Both the position numbers and the translations under genes were made by a program. A DNA stretch of 63,918 nucleotides, counting the filler, from Hyphochytrium catenoides (taxonomy: Eukaryota; Protista; Hyphochytriomycota): NCBI GenBank assembly GCA_900088475.1. It is 15 parts of 15 records of this genome, joined end to end, with 100 filler letters (N's around TTAATTAATTAA, not from the genome) between each part and the next. Parts side by side here need not be neighbours in the genome. Positions count along the whole stretch, not along the records: positions 37,418 to 42,933 come from FLMG01001062.1; positions 43,034 to 45,570 come from FLMG01001232.1; positions 45,671 to 48,376 come from FLMG01001102.1; positions 48,477 to 50,453 come from FLMG01002553.1; 11 more parts are not named here. One strand, 5' to 3'. Each line of letters opens with the position of its first letter. Within the stretch, counting starts at the first letter, position 1. The notes under the pieces were generated by a model. The model did no database searches, had not been told where the DNA came from, and saw only the letters and a program-made list of their open reading frames with translations. Shown piece by piece: positions 38,320 to 50,453 of this stretch.

Positions 38320-38696
38320 TGCGCTCCCTTCTCTCTCTGTCTTACTCACTCTCTCACTTCCCTCTCNNNNNNNNNNNNNNNNNNNNNNNNNNNNNNNNNN
38401 NNNNNNNNNNNNNNNNNNNNNNNNNNNNNNNNNNNNNNNNNNNNNNNNNNNNNNNNNNNNNNNNNNNNNNNNNNNNNNNNNNNNNNNNNNNNNNNNNNNN
38501 NNNNNNNNNNNNNNNNNNNNNNNNNNNNNNNNNNNNNNNNNNNNNNNNNNNNNNNNNNNNNNNNNNNNNNNNNNNNNNNNNNNNNNNNNNNNNNNNNNNN
38601 NNNNNNNNNNNNNNNNNNNNNNNNNNNNNNNNNNNNNNNNNNNNNNNNNNNNNNNNNNNNNNNNNNNNNNNNNNNNNNNNNNNNNNNNNNNNNNNN

Positions 38697-38900
38697 TTCT
38701 TTTATCCTTTGCTTCCCTCATGGTTCTCTCTTTCTCTCTTTTTGCTTTCTCAGGCTTTCGAGGTCGTGGAGGAGGTTCTAGGGTTCGATCGGTTAGACTG
38801 GAAGCGAGGACGCGTGGCAAGAAAGCCGAAAATCTTTATCATGAGAAATAAAGCAAGAGCGTAGTGCGCTCCCTTCTCTCTCTTTCTTTTCCACTCTCTC
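38697..38900 (+). repeat. Near-identical second copy of the ALG12-like terminal exon and flanks
   Basis: 38754-38864 repeats 38209-38319 with one synonymous change (GAA>GAG) and one M>V change. The copies are separated by an N gap. Confidence 0.9.
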
Positions 38901-39033
38901 GCTTCCCTCTCTCTCTTTCTCCTCTCTCTTTGTCTCTCTTCTCGCTCTCTTTATCCCTCTTTTCTATCCACGCCCGTCTCTCATGTCCACGTTTCCAGAA
39001 TCGGGACATTAAATAGAGAGCTACATCTCCTCC

Positions 39034-39084
<51 letters not shown>

Positions 39085-39526
39085 CCTTCCTCTCTTTCTC
39101 TCTCTCTCTCTCTCAGTCGCTCAGTCTATCTTTCGGGGGTTTCGCTATCTAGAGATGGAAAAGAGCGGGTGCGTGGACGGAAACTCCTTCTCGGGCGTCT
39201 CTGTCTCGCCTCTCTCTCTCTCCTTCTTGGAGTCAAGAGAGGCTACTAAGGAGGGACCATGGAACGTTATGGCGGGGTTGGCAATGGACAAGAGAGTGAT
39301 CTCTGGAGGAATCAGAGAGAGAAGAAAAGAGAGAGAGAGAGACAAAGATGACGTGCCTGCCCTAGTTTCTCGCGCCGAATAAACGGAGAGGCTCCTAATG
39401 AGAGATCAGGGACGCGTGGTCGTTGGTGAGCAGCGGGGAGAGAGAGAGAGAGAGAGAGTCTGCCTATAATTATTCTGGAGGTAGAATGGGCTATGGTGGA
39501 CCAGGAGGGGGGAGGACAGAGGAAGA

Positions 39527-40831
39527 CTAGTTCTCTGGGTGAGAGAGGAGGTTGGAGAGTTTCTCTTCTCTCTCTCTCAGGTCTTTCAACCCTAGAAACT
39601 TTCTCCTCTGTGCTTGTGCCTTAAGCTGCGCCTGAAGTTCATCTCTTAGCTGCTTCTTTCTCTCTTCATTCTCTTCCAATTCCTTCGCCGCCTTGCGGAA
39701 GAGAGAATGAGAGAGAGAACAATAGGAACAGAAACAATGACAGAGAGAGAGAGAACCTTGTTAGCAGATGAACGGATGGTGGCCATTGGTAGAACAAGGA
39801 GTACGACACAAAGAGACAAAATAAAGAGAGAGAATGGAGAAGGAGAGACACGTTGGTCTCTTACCTTGCTTTCACACTCTTTTTGAAGGGCAAGAAGACG
39901 CTCTTTCTCCTCCATCGCGTGCCTCGTTTGTTCTTTCTTCTCTCTCAACATCACAGCCTGTCTTCCCTTCTCCAGTTCATCTTCTACGACTTTCTGCAGG
40001 TCAGAAGAGAAACTCTGTTAGCCCGAGAGAGAGAGAGCAGGAGAGGGAGAGAGAGTGGTAATAAAGACAGAAGAAAACAGGAGAGAGAGAGGAAAGGAGA
40101 AAGAAGACAAACATAGGATATCACATGAACGGAGAGAGAGAGAGACAGTAAGAGAGCCAGGGAGAGGTTAAGCGAGAGAGAGGGAAGGAAAAGTAAGTAG
40201 AAAGAAAGAGGGAACGAGAGAGAGAGAGGAAGAACCAGACTTGACTATAATAAAAAAGCTCCAGGAGAGAGACAACAGGTAGAACAGGGAAGAGATAGAG
40301 CTCATTTTACCTTGGCGTCTTCGGCACCACCCTGAGAGAGAAGAAAATTCATCATCTCTCTCTTGCCCAACAGGGTTGCAATCATCAACGCCTATTTTTG
40401 AAGAGAGCAAGTAGCGAATGGAGAAGAGAGAGCGTAGAGAAAGAGAGGCAAAAAAGAGAGAAAGAGAGAGTGCGAGCGCGAGAGAGAGCGAGAAAGAGAG
40501 TCAGCGAGAAGGAGAGAGAGGCGCGAGGAGAGAGAGGCACAGAGAGAAGGAGAGAGAGGCAATATCTCGAATCGGGGCAAGACTTAGAAAGAGCCAGAGA
40601 CTATGAAGAGAGAGAGAAAGCCAAAGAGAGAAAGCGAAGAAAGGTGACACCTTAGTGAAGGAAGAGAGAAGTAGAGGCAGAGTCGCGGAGCTGAAACAGT
40701 GTAAAGAGAGAGAGAGTGGGAAGAGACGAAATAAGGCACACGATTAGCCACATAGAGCAGACGAGTGGGGCTTAGCGTAAAACAGAGAGAGAGAGAGAGA
40801 GAGGAGGGAGCCGGTAGCTATAGACCGAGAG

Positions 40832-40863
<32 letters not shown>

Positions 40864-42343
40864 GTACCCTATTGAGGTCCTTTGCCCCTTCTCCTAATAA
40901 AAGCCTTGCAAGGTCCAGGTCACCTTCCCTTGCTGAGAGGTACAGCGCCTATCATGCGGTCGTGAGAGAGAGAGAGAGAGAGAGCGATAGACACGAGGCA
41001 AAAGTGAGAGAGAGAGAAAGAAAGGACAACCACGGAACAAGATTGGAGCGAGTAGAAAAGCAGTAATAAGAGGCGTCATGTGTGTGTGTGAGAGAGAGAG
41101 AGAGAGAAAGACGCTAAATGAGTCCACATTCACAAATCGAGAGAGAGAAAGACTTTCTCTCCTCCACTTCATTTGCCTAATGTAGCTCTCTCTCTCTCTC
41201 TCCCTCTCTCTCTCTCTTCTCCTTCTATATGTACCTCTGGTCCTTTTTCTCCACCAGCCCACCCCTCTCCTCTCACTCCTCCTTTGCCTCGTTCCTCCAT
41301 CTCTTCTCCCTCCTTTCCCCTTCTCTCCCTTCTCTCTCTTTCTTATATTTCTGCCGTTTCTCTTCTTCCTCTCAATCATCTCCTCGTTTCTTGCTCTCTC
41401 TCTCTCTCTCTCTCTCTTTCCTTACCTCGTTAAGGTCAACCTTTCCTCTCCCATTATTAAGAAGGAGCTTCACTGCCTCTGTCTGGCGATAATGGATGGC
41501 GGTCGCCATACATTTATTCAGAGTCCGCGGCGGGGGATGGAGAGAGAGAAGCTGCGAGACAGAGGTGACCGAGCCACTGCTTATTGCCTGCAGAAGAGCC
41601 TGAAGAGATGGAAGAGAGAGAGAGAGGCAAAGAGAGAGAGAGGCAAAGAGAGAGAGACAAGCGGAAGTCAGAAGTTGTATAAGCAGAGAAAGGAGGGCAC
41701 AAGCAAGATCAGAGTAAGATGAGTCTCTCAACCGTAAACAAGAGAGAGAGAGAGAAATGGAGAGAGAGAGCAATAGAGTATCACCCCAGTTGCCCACCAA
41801 CGCAATGGCTCTTCAGCGTTCCGCCCTTCGTCATGTTCTCCCCTTCGTTATCTCTCATTCTCTTTCTCCCACTCTCCCCCTTCTCTCTCTCTCTCTCTCT
41901 TTCCCCTTCTTTCGTCTCTCTCTCTCACTCTCTCTCTCTTTCTTTCTTTCTTCATCTNNNNNNNNNNNNNNNNNNNNNNNNNNNNNNNNNNNNNNNNNNN
42001 NNNNNNNNNNNNNNNNNNNNNNNNNNNNNNNNNNNNNNNNNNNNNNNNNNNNNNNNNNNNNNNNNNNNNGGTTCTCCTTTCCCATACAATGGAGGTTTCT
42101 TAACCTGCAGAATTCCGTCTTGGGTCGCCCTTTGAGAAAGAAGCTCTAGGATCTGCCTCGTTCTTTCCCTCAAGTCCAGAAGAATGGACTTTCCTCTCTC
42201 GGCCTCCTTTCCTCTTTCGGCAAGTCTTTCTCTCTGCTCTTGCATTTCCTCTTCCTCTCTCAAGTCTAAAAAGGATCGCCGCTAAGAAACATTAGAAGAC
42301 GGAAAAGAAGAAGGTCAGCATAAGAAAGAGAAACACACGCACA

Positions 42344-42400
<57 letters not shown>

Positions 42401-42800
42401 GAATGAGCAGAAGAGGAAAGAGGAGAACCAGAAAAAATGAGGACAGAAGAGAGAGGGAGAAACACAAGGAAGAGGGAAAAGAGAGACAAAGACAGAGGAA
42501 GAAGGATAGAGAGAGAGAGAGAGAGACACCGTGGGACACACAGAGAGAGAGAAAGGAGGAGAGAGACCCAGAGAGAAAGAAGGAAACAAGCCAAATACCT
42601 TTGCCTTGGCTACTGTGCTCTCTNNNNNNNNNNTCTCTCTCTCTCTCTCTCTCTCTTTCTCTTTCTCTTTCTCTCTCTCTCTCTCTCTCTCTGTCTTCCT
42701 CCCTCTCTCCTGTCCTCACCTTGTGGATCGCTGGCTGCATGCGCGGCTCCTGAAGCTCTAAAAGGCTGTGGACCACGTGGACTTGACAATGAGTTGCGCC
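39527..42800 (-). CDS. Ankyrin-repeat and coiled-coil protein, multi-exon, 5' partial
   Basis: Exons 41426-41599, 40868-40948 and 40311-40391 give '...EAVKLLLNNGRGKVDLNE|ALYLSAREGDLDLARLLLGEGAKDLNR|ALMIATLLGKREMMNFLLSQGG'. E/K/R-rich coiled-coil exons lie on both sides; stop TAG at 39527. Linkage of the exons above 42000 is less certain. Confidence 0.75.
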
Positions 42801-43188
42801 CTCTAACAGCGCCTAAACGGAGGAGAGAGAGAGAGAGTTTTACCAAAGGGGAACGGAGAGAGGAGAGGACAGAGGGAGAAAGAGAGTGTGACAGCACAAA
42901 CCCAGCAAAGGGAAGAAAGAAGAGAAAGACGATNNNNNNNNNNNNNNNNNNNNNNNNNNNNNNNNNNNNNNNNNNNNTTAATTAATTAANNNNNNNNNNN
43001 NNNNNNNNNNNNNNNNNNNNNNNNNNNNNNNNNTCTCTCTCTCTCTCTCTCCCATCTCTCTTCTCCTCTCTCTCTCTATTCTCTCTCTCTCTCTCTTTAC
43101 GCGAAAGTTCTTCGCTCTTCGATCTCTCCCACTGATCCCTCTCCACACATCGTCTGGCAGTCATCCCATCCGCAGAGGCCCGCCTTAC

Positions 43189-43339
43189 CTATTCCCTTGA
43201 GAGAGGGCGGGTACTCATCGTCATATCTGTTAGACACTCCTCGAAGAGTGCGGCTGCCCACGGGTAGGAGCTTGGCCAGCACAATCTTCTCATTGCAAAG
43301 CAACTGCCGCCGCAGCTCCTGCGCCGCGTCTTGGGCCAT
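43189..43339 (-). CDS. First exon of a golgin A7/ERF4-like small protein (3' partial)
   Basis: 'SNRYDDEYPPSLKGI' followed by a GTAAGG donor resembles the ERF4/GOLGA7 F/YxxxYPxxLxGxI motif. Confidence 0.5.
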
Positions 43340-43851
43340 TTGCCCTGGTCAGTAGAGCGCCTTTACCAGCCCGTCAGAGCATTCCCTCGGGCCTTTCCCT
43401 GGGCCCAGCAGCTGAGATGAACCGGGCGGCTGAGTTGTGAAAAAGAACCTTTTCCTAAGGCAGGGCACCGACAAAACTGAGGAGGCAACGGAGAGAGAGG
43501 ATAGGTCGCAGAGGAATTGACGGACGGGAAGCGTGACTCGGTGATGGCAGCAATTGGCTGGGTGTCCTTCTCCTGTTGGCCTCAGGCTTGGCGCAAATGC
43601 CGCTTCACCAGTCCAGCTTTTGTTCTCTCTCTGGTGCTGTCCCTCTCTTTCACTCTTTCTTGTAAGCTCTCTCTCTCTTTGTCCCGCTTCCCTTCGTGCA
43701 GCTATCCATCCGCTCTGTAGATGCAATCTCGGACTTCGTCCCACTCTGCCGCCCCCTCCCTCTTCTCTCCTTCTCTTTCACACTCTCTCTCTCTCTCCCC
43801 CTCTCTCTCTCTCTCTCTCTCTNNNNNNCTCTCTCTCTGTCTCTCTCTCTG

Positions 43852-43906
<55 letters not shown>

Positions 43907-44347
43907 TTCCATCAACCTTTGACACTTCCCTTCACAGGCTTCTGATAGATCACGGCCCTTCAGCTAGGGCATATTTTTACATATAACAATAATACAACAT
44001 ATTTGACACAATCTCCAGTACTTGCTTCCACGAACGTAAGTCTTCTACATGACGGGGAAGGTAATGTGTAAACTATAATTTCCAGCTGTCAATAACTATA
44101 TCGAAAAGTGTAAAAACTAAAAGATATTTTACATAGTTAGCTTCAACAAGTAGAATCAGTGCCTTTAATCCGTTGTCTGATTTATCGCTCTTTTGATCCA
44201 AATAATCGATCTCCCGAAAGGAAGTGACAACTCTTCGTGTTTTGTCAGCGTTATGAAGTGGGGATTCTGCTCCAGGAGCTCTCTCTCTCTCTCATCCTCT
44301 CTCTCTGTGTCTCTCTCGCTCTCTCTCTCCTCTTCCTCTCTCGCTCT

Positions 44348-44397
<50 letters not shown>

Positions 44398-44398
44398 G

Positions 44399-44431
<33 letters not shown>

Positions 44432-44761
44432 CACATTCTCTCCTCATCCTCCCTCGAACGCTCAGGCCTGCTGTCTTCTCTCTCCTCTCTCTCTCCCTCT
44501 CTCTTCTCCGCTCTCTCGCCATCTTGTCTCTTGCTTGTCCATTATCGTCTCTTTCGCCCTAGCTCTCTCCATCTCTCTCCCTGTCCCCATCACGCGTTCT
44601 GCCTTGACCACTTTCCCAGAGTCCATGCTTCTAGCTCAAGGAAGCTACGAAGCGCGGTGTTAGGATGGTCGAACGCCAAGCTCCATCTTGGGTGCAGCAG
44701 ATGAGCACTGTTCTCTGACTCTTCTTTCTTGCTAGCAAGTCCGTGGCTCTAGTGGAAGAAA

Positions 44762-44912
44762 ATGACGGAGAGGAGCCTGCGCGGCCCATGGTGCCTACTC
44801 TTCTACTGGGCAGTGCTTGCAAGTCTCTCTCTCTTATCTCTTGATAGCCTCTCTCTCTCTCAGGCTGCAGAGACCTCTGGACTCCGTGCGCAGGACACCT
44901 GTTGGGCCAGAG
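44762..44912 (+). CDS. Possible first exon of a secreted protein
   Basis: ATG, hydrophobic signal-like stretch (PWCLLFYWAVLASLSLLSL), GTAAGA donor, then a CT-rich intron-like tract. No homology recognised. Confidence 0.35.
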
Positions 44913-45537
44913 GTAAGAGAAAGACAGGACCACAAAGTGTTCTTCCTCTCCGTCGCGGCGTCACTGACAATCATTTCTGCAGCGCCAAGAAACTTGCCAG
45001 CTGCACTGAAAGACAAGCTTTGCCTCGGTTCAGCTACTGCACAAGGTTCTCTTCTCTTTGTTTCTTTCTCTCCTCTGCTTGCATCATCTCGCTTTACTCT
45101 TTTAACCACCCTAACCTCAGGATGGTTGGCCCTTGCTCTCTCTCTTTCTCTCTGTCACTCTCTCTCTATTATATGTCTCTCCCCTCAGCCTGTGTCTCTC
45201 TCCTCTTGATTCTCCGTTCCTGTCTCTGTATCTCTCTTTCTCATTGTTTGACCTCACTATCATTCAATTGTTGTGTCTCTTTCTCTGCCCTTTCCGTGTC
45301 CCACTTCATCCTTCTCTCCTACTTTCCCTTCGTTGTCTTCTTGCCTTTGTGTGTCCGTCTGCGGTTTGTCGAGACGTCCCATTCCTTCCATTAGCGCGCA
45401 AACAGCAATTGTCTCTCTCCCCTTCCTTTTTCCTCTCACTGTCCCCTCTTCCCTCTTTCTCTCTTTCTCTTTCTCTTGGCCTCTCTCACTCTCTCTCTCT
45501 CTCTCTCTCTCTCTGCCCCCTCTCTCTCTCCTCTCTC

Positions 45538-45570
<33 letters not shown>

Positions 45571-47411
45571 NNNNNNNNNNNNNNNNNNNNNNNNNNNNNN
45601 NNNNNNNNNNNNNNTTAATTAATTAANNNNNNNNNNNNNNNNNNNNNNNNNNNNNNNNNNNNNNNNNNNNCGGCCCCTCCTCCCAGTCGTTTTGTCCTGC
45701 TGCTAAGCTTGATCGTAGCGGCAGACTAATTTTAGTAGATGGCAAGAAGCTGATTGTGTGGCAAATGGCCAGTAGCTGCTACATCTGTTGTGCGGCTGGT
45801 ATTTTTATAGTTGATGCGCGTATTAGTATAAGCTGGTGCCTCCACAAGGTGGCGGTGTCACCTACTAGTAGGGCATAACGGCGGCGCGATCTAGGAAGAG
45901 CCGTGTTCCGCTCTCTCCCTTCTTATCACAGCAAGGTCGTCCGCTTTTCCTCTTCTCATCCTTCCTCTCTTTTCCTTCTCTTCCTCCTCTACTACTTCTT
46001 CTCTTCCCTGCCGGTCGTCGGCTTTCCTCCTCTTCTACCCTTTCTCTCCCTTCTCCTTCGCGCCACCACGTCTCCTTCTAGCTCTTCCTCCCTTCTTCTT
46101 CTTCAAGAGAATGAACGTCCTTGCCTCTCTCGACGACGTGCTTGCAGCGAGCATTTAAGGCCTTCCGTCTTCTTGCCTCTCTGCTCTACTCTTTCTCCTC
46201 ACTGCTCCTCCGATACCTTCCTCCTTCCCTTCTCCTTCCTCCGCCCTTCCTTCCGAAAACAGTATATCCAAAGGTCATATTGGCGCTAACGGCTAGCAAG
46301 GCAGACATGGTCGTTACAGAGATATCCGGTAACGGCTAGTCTGTGGGCCGTTTTGACCCGTCTTCCTCCTCTCTTTCCCCGGTGTCGCCCATTCTTTCCT
46401 CTGCCTCTCTCTTGACTAAGATCTCTCTCTCTCTCTCTCTCTTTCCGTCTTGTTCGTTCTCTCTCGTTCTCTCCTCTCTCTCTCCTTAGATGTTCTCTTC
46501 TTCTTCTATGTCTTCCCTTCTCTTCCTTCTGAGGAGTTCTTCTGCTCCTCCTCTGGCGGGCAAGGCGACCTTTTCCCTTGTTAGCCGCCTGTGCTCCAAC
46601 AAATTCTTCCAGGTTCCGTGGTCAGTGGTCGTTTCTTTTCCTTAGATGCCCCCCAATCCTTCTCCTACATGCTTCTCTCTGCGCTGTTTCTTCTTCTGCC
46701 TCCGTCTTTCTTACCTTTCCATCTTACCGCAAGCACCTGCCAGGGAGAGCGCCCCTCGGCTCTCAAGTTTCTTGGCTTCCCTTCTCCCTGGCCTCTCTGT
46801 CTCATGTCTCGCTAACTTCCGTCTCTCTAATGTAGTATAAGACGTGCTTGGGCCCGGATATCTGATTTTGTCTGGAGCCTCCTCCTCAGTAATGTTTCTC
46901 AAGGCGCGCGTCTCCTCGTTCTGTCTCACGTCTCTCCGTCCTATCTTAACTCTTGCTCTTTCTTTCTATGCCAGTTCTCCAGTGACGAACGCCGTGCTGC
47001 CAGGATAAAGGCACTTTCTATTGCGTCATATATCGTTCTCTTTCGTCCTTCTTTCTTCTCTTCTCTCCTCTTCCATCTTCTTTCTCAACTCGTTCATACA
47101 AGCCATAGAGAACATCGTGACTAGCTGTCCGCAGCCGAGTGGTCTTTTACTTCGCTTTTTACTATCTGACTCTAGACTTTTGTTCACCAAGACCCCTCTC
47201 TCTCTCTCTCTCTCCTTGTTGGCCCGCCCCTTCTCCAGCAACAAGGGATGATTTGGTCTTGTTCAGTGTGCCAGAAAGGGTAGAACAAGTGCAAACAACG
47301 GAAGAGAGAGGTGATGAAAGAGCCTACGTTTCACAGATATGTCAAACCAGAAACAATACCGCCTGCGCATAAAGTAGGACGGTCGGCAGGAAAAGGGAGC
47401 GAGAGGCGCTG

Positions 47412-48190
47412 ATGGACTCGAAGGAGAAGGCCTCCCAGCCCGGAGGACGGAGGAATCAGCAGGGTGAAGGAGAATTGGGTCATGGCGATGGTCCTCCTTC
47501 TTCTCCTTCTCCTCCCTCAACCACCTCAGCTCCCACTCCCACGCTTTCTACGGTCTTTCTTCCTTCCTCTCCTCCTCGTTCTCTTTCTTCCCCATTCCAT
47601 GCCTCTTGCTCGCCCTCTTCCGGGCTATCCGACCGCTACTGGGTAGTGAAGCCTCTCTCCGGTTATCTGAAGCCCTCTGTAGAGGCGAAAGCCACTGTTG
47701 CAAGGAGAATCCTTCCTCCCTTACTGGGGAAAGCCTACTTCTCTCTAAGACGAAGCCCTCTTTATCTTCTTCTAGGGGTCGGAGGAGCCCTCACAGTAGG
47801 GGTTGTGGCGTTTCTTCTTCTCTTGGAGAGTAGAGAAAGAACGGACCAAGAGAGCGAAAGCTTCTCTTCTTTGGGCTACAGCGGTGCTCTCGCTCTGATT
47901 CTCTATTTCTTCACCTTCCTTCTGGAGCTTCACTGGGAGCTCTTTTGCCTTCTCTTTAGGCAGTGGGAGATCTATTTCTACCTCTTTCAAACCTTGCCTG
48001 CACTCACTCTCTTCGTCTACCACTTTGTCTCTCAAGACAATTGGGCCATTGCTCTTCTATCTATCTCAGGATTGATCGTCTGCATGTTGACGCCTCTCAA
48101 TCTAGACGCGATGCCGCAGAGCGGACTCTCGAAGACCCTCCTCCGCTTCACTGTGATGGCTCTATCCATTGTCGGTGTCGTCCTGGCGCG
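47412..48190 (+). CDS. Uncharacterised multi-pass membrane protein (3' partial)
   Basis: 260-codon ORF with about five hydrophobic helices, ending at a GTAAGT donor. Confidence 0.7.
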
Positions 48191-48893
48191 GTAAGTTTCT
48201 GAGACATTGCTTCTTCGTCTTCCTCCTGTTTGACCTAGGTCTGTCAGGCGGGATCTGGCGATCCGTCTTCGACACCCTTCCTTCGCGTCCTCCTTGCGTT
48301 CTGTATCAACTTTGTGTCCCCAGGGGGACGCCAGGTTTTCATAAGTCTTCAGCTGTGGCTGTTCCTCTCTGAGAGCNNNNNNNNNNNNNNNNNNNNNNNN
48401 NNNNNNNNNNNNNNNNNNNNTTAATTAATTAANNNNNNNNNNNNNNNNNNNNNNNNNNNNNNNNNNNNNNNNNNNNGTATGGGGAATAGGGAAAAGCGGA
48501 ACAACGACTACAGAGTACAGCGTCAAGAAGAACTAGAGTACGATTGGACTATACAGTACCAAAAACCTGCCCCTTTCCGGCAACAGATACACCCTTTGGC
48601 TTCTTTTGAGAATGACCTAATGAACCCAAAGGCGAACAATATGCTTTCAATAAATTGATTATTTGGTGATTACAAAAACTGACCAATCACAGAATTAACG
48701 ACGTTTGCATTTGTTTTCAAAGTCCTTTTGGCTCCTTTTCACCCCCCTTTCATATTCCTCTTTACTTTACTACTGTAGCACTTACATTTTCTTGAACCAA
48801 GAAAGCTTATCTAAATGGTGATTGGAAACAAATCATGAATTAACGTCAACCTCAGAATTGTGCTGGTCCGGGGGTACGATTTACTACCTGTGA

Positions 48894-49003
48894 ACAGACA
48901 GACAGACAGACAGACAGACGCGGACGAGCAAATCGGAAAAAAATTCTGCACCGCCTGACGCAAAAAACCTAAACAAAAAAGCTTCGCCCTTCGGGCTCGC
49001 CAA
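48894..49003 (+). mobile_element. Helentron/HINE (DINE-1-like) 3' end, copy 1
   Basis: (CAGA)n microsatellite, ~80 bp unique segment, terminal hairpin GCCC-TTC-GGGC, A-run. Near-identical inverted copy at 50363-50453. Confidence 0.5.
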
Positions 49004-50064
49004 AAAATCTACAGTTAAAGGGTCAATAAAAAGGGTCCGGTGCGGGATTGGAATCCTGGGAAACTTCAGATTAAAGATAAAGTTTCGTTTACAGTGTCCC
49101 GGTGCAGTTGCTCTAAACGGTATTTATACGGCCGGAACGGTGAGAAAATGGACCATTCTGATTGGCTGCAGTAAACGTTCGGCCCTACTGTCTCTATAAA
49201 TACCGCTTGCTCCACCAGTGCCAAACCTATGGAGTGAAGTACTGTATCCTCAACACCTTAGCAGATTTCAACATTCCCCCAAAACCCAATTGGCTCCGGG
49301 AGGTTGTCTCCGAGGTTTACATTGGAAAGTCCATAGATCTATTTTACTACTACGCTCGGCGTTGAACGGCTCTGGAGCAGTATCCTGGCAGAAGTACTGC
49401 TCGAAATGAGCGTAAACGTGTTGAATTATATGGGATGATTGGACAATGTCATTAGATGAGAGTGTACGACTGATAAGCCCAACTGGGGTCCCACAATCTA
49501 GAGCTATTCTGACACTGCCAACTATTCCTAATAAACGCTAAGATATTCAGCCATAGAGAAATCCCTGTCTAGAACAGTCAGTCTTGAAGGTATTCCGGGG
49601 TACTGACCTTAAGCCAGAGATATAAACAGAGACATTGGGTAGTTGGATAGTTAAGTTTGTCAGCTTGTAGTCCACATAGCTGTGCCCTCAGACTCCAAAA
49701 AACGTCCGAGCAGTAAAATAAATCTGTTTAGATTCACTGTTCACTAGTGGAGCAGCCAAAACAGTGAAAGGGTAACGTCGGTTCCATACTGCATACTGCT
49801 CACTGGTGGAGATGCTCAATTACAAGTAGTTTTGGGATCTTTTGGCTGACGCCTAACATTTTGTAATAAGTCGTGTTGTTGGGTTGGTTTTGACAGTGCG
49901 AAGTAGATTATGGGGGTCCCTATACCAAAACAGCTGTAAATAGACTACCTTAGAACAGGTTCCGTAAAGTTAGTGAAAGCGTAAAGTTAGTGAAAGTGAT
50001 GGCACCACCCATAAAAATTTGAAAATCTGGCATTCACGGTTTTTCACTTTGACAATCAGTTTGC

Positions 50065-50256
50065 AATCAGTTACGGCATGATGGGAAATACCAACGGCTA
50101 ACGGCGATAATGCGGTGCAGAGGTGCAAAAAAACAGAATCAGACAAAGTGATGAAGCGACGGTGATAAGAGGAGGAATCAGTTACGGCATGCGAAATACC
50201 AACTGCTAACGGCGATTATGAGGTGCAGAGTTGCAAAATAAACAGAGTCAAACAAC
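50065..50256. repeat. Two diverged tandem copies of a ~110-bp unit
   Basis: 'aatcagttacggcatg..gaaataccaac.gctaacggcgat.atg.ggtgcagag.tgcaaaa' at ~50065 and ~50177. Confidence 0.85.
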
Positions 50257-50362
50257 TCCAACGAATAGAAAGAATAGAATCAGCACAAATGTATGGCTTA
50301 ATTCTATTCTAGTCCATTATGATTGTGTTGCAAATGTATGGGCATGCGAACTTCCGGCCTAA

Positions 50363-50453
50363 TTGGCGAGCCCGAAGGCCGAAGCTTTTTTGTTTAGGTT
50401 TTTGTGTCAGGCGGTGCAGAATTTTTTTCCGATTTGTTCGTCCGCGTCTGTCT
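50363..50453 (-). mobile_element. Helentron/HINE-like 3' end, copy 2 (inverted, truncated by scaffold end)
   Basis: Reverse complement matches ~48912-49003 with about four differences. Confidence 0.5.
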
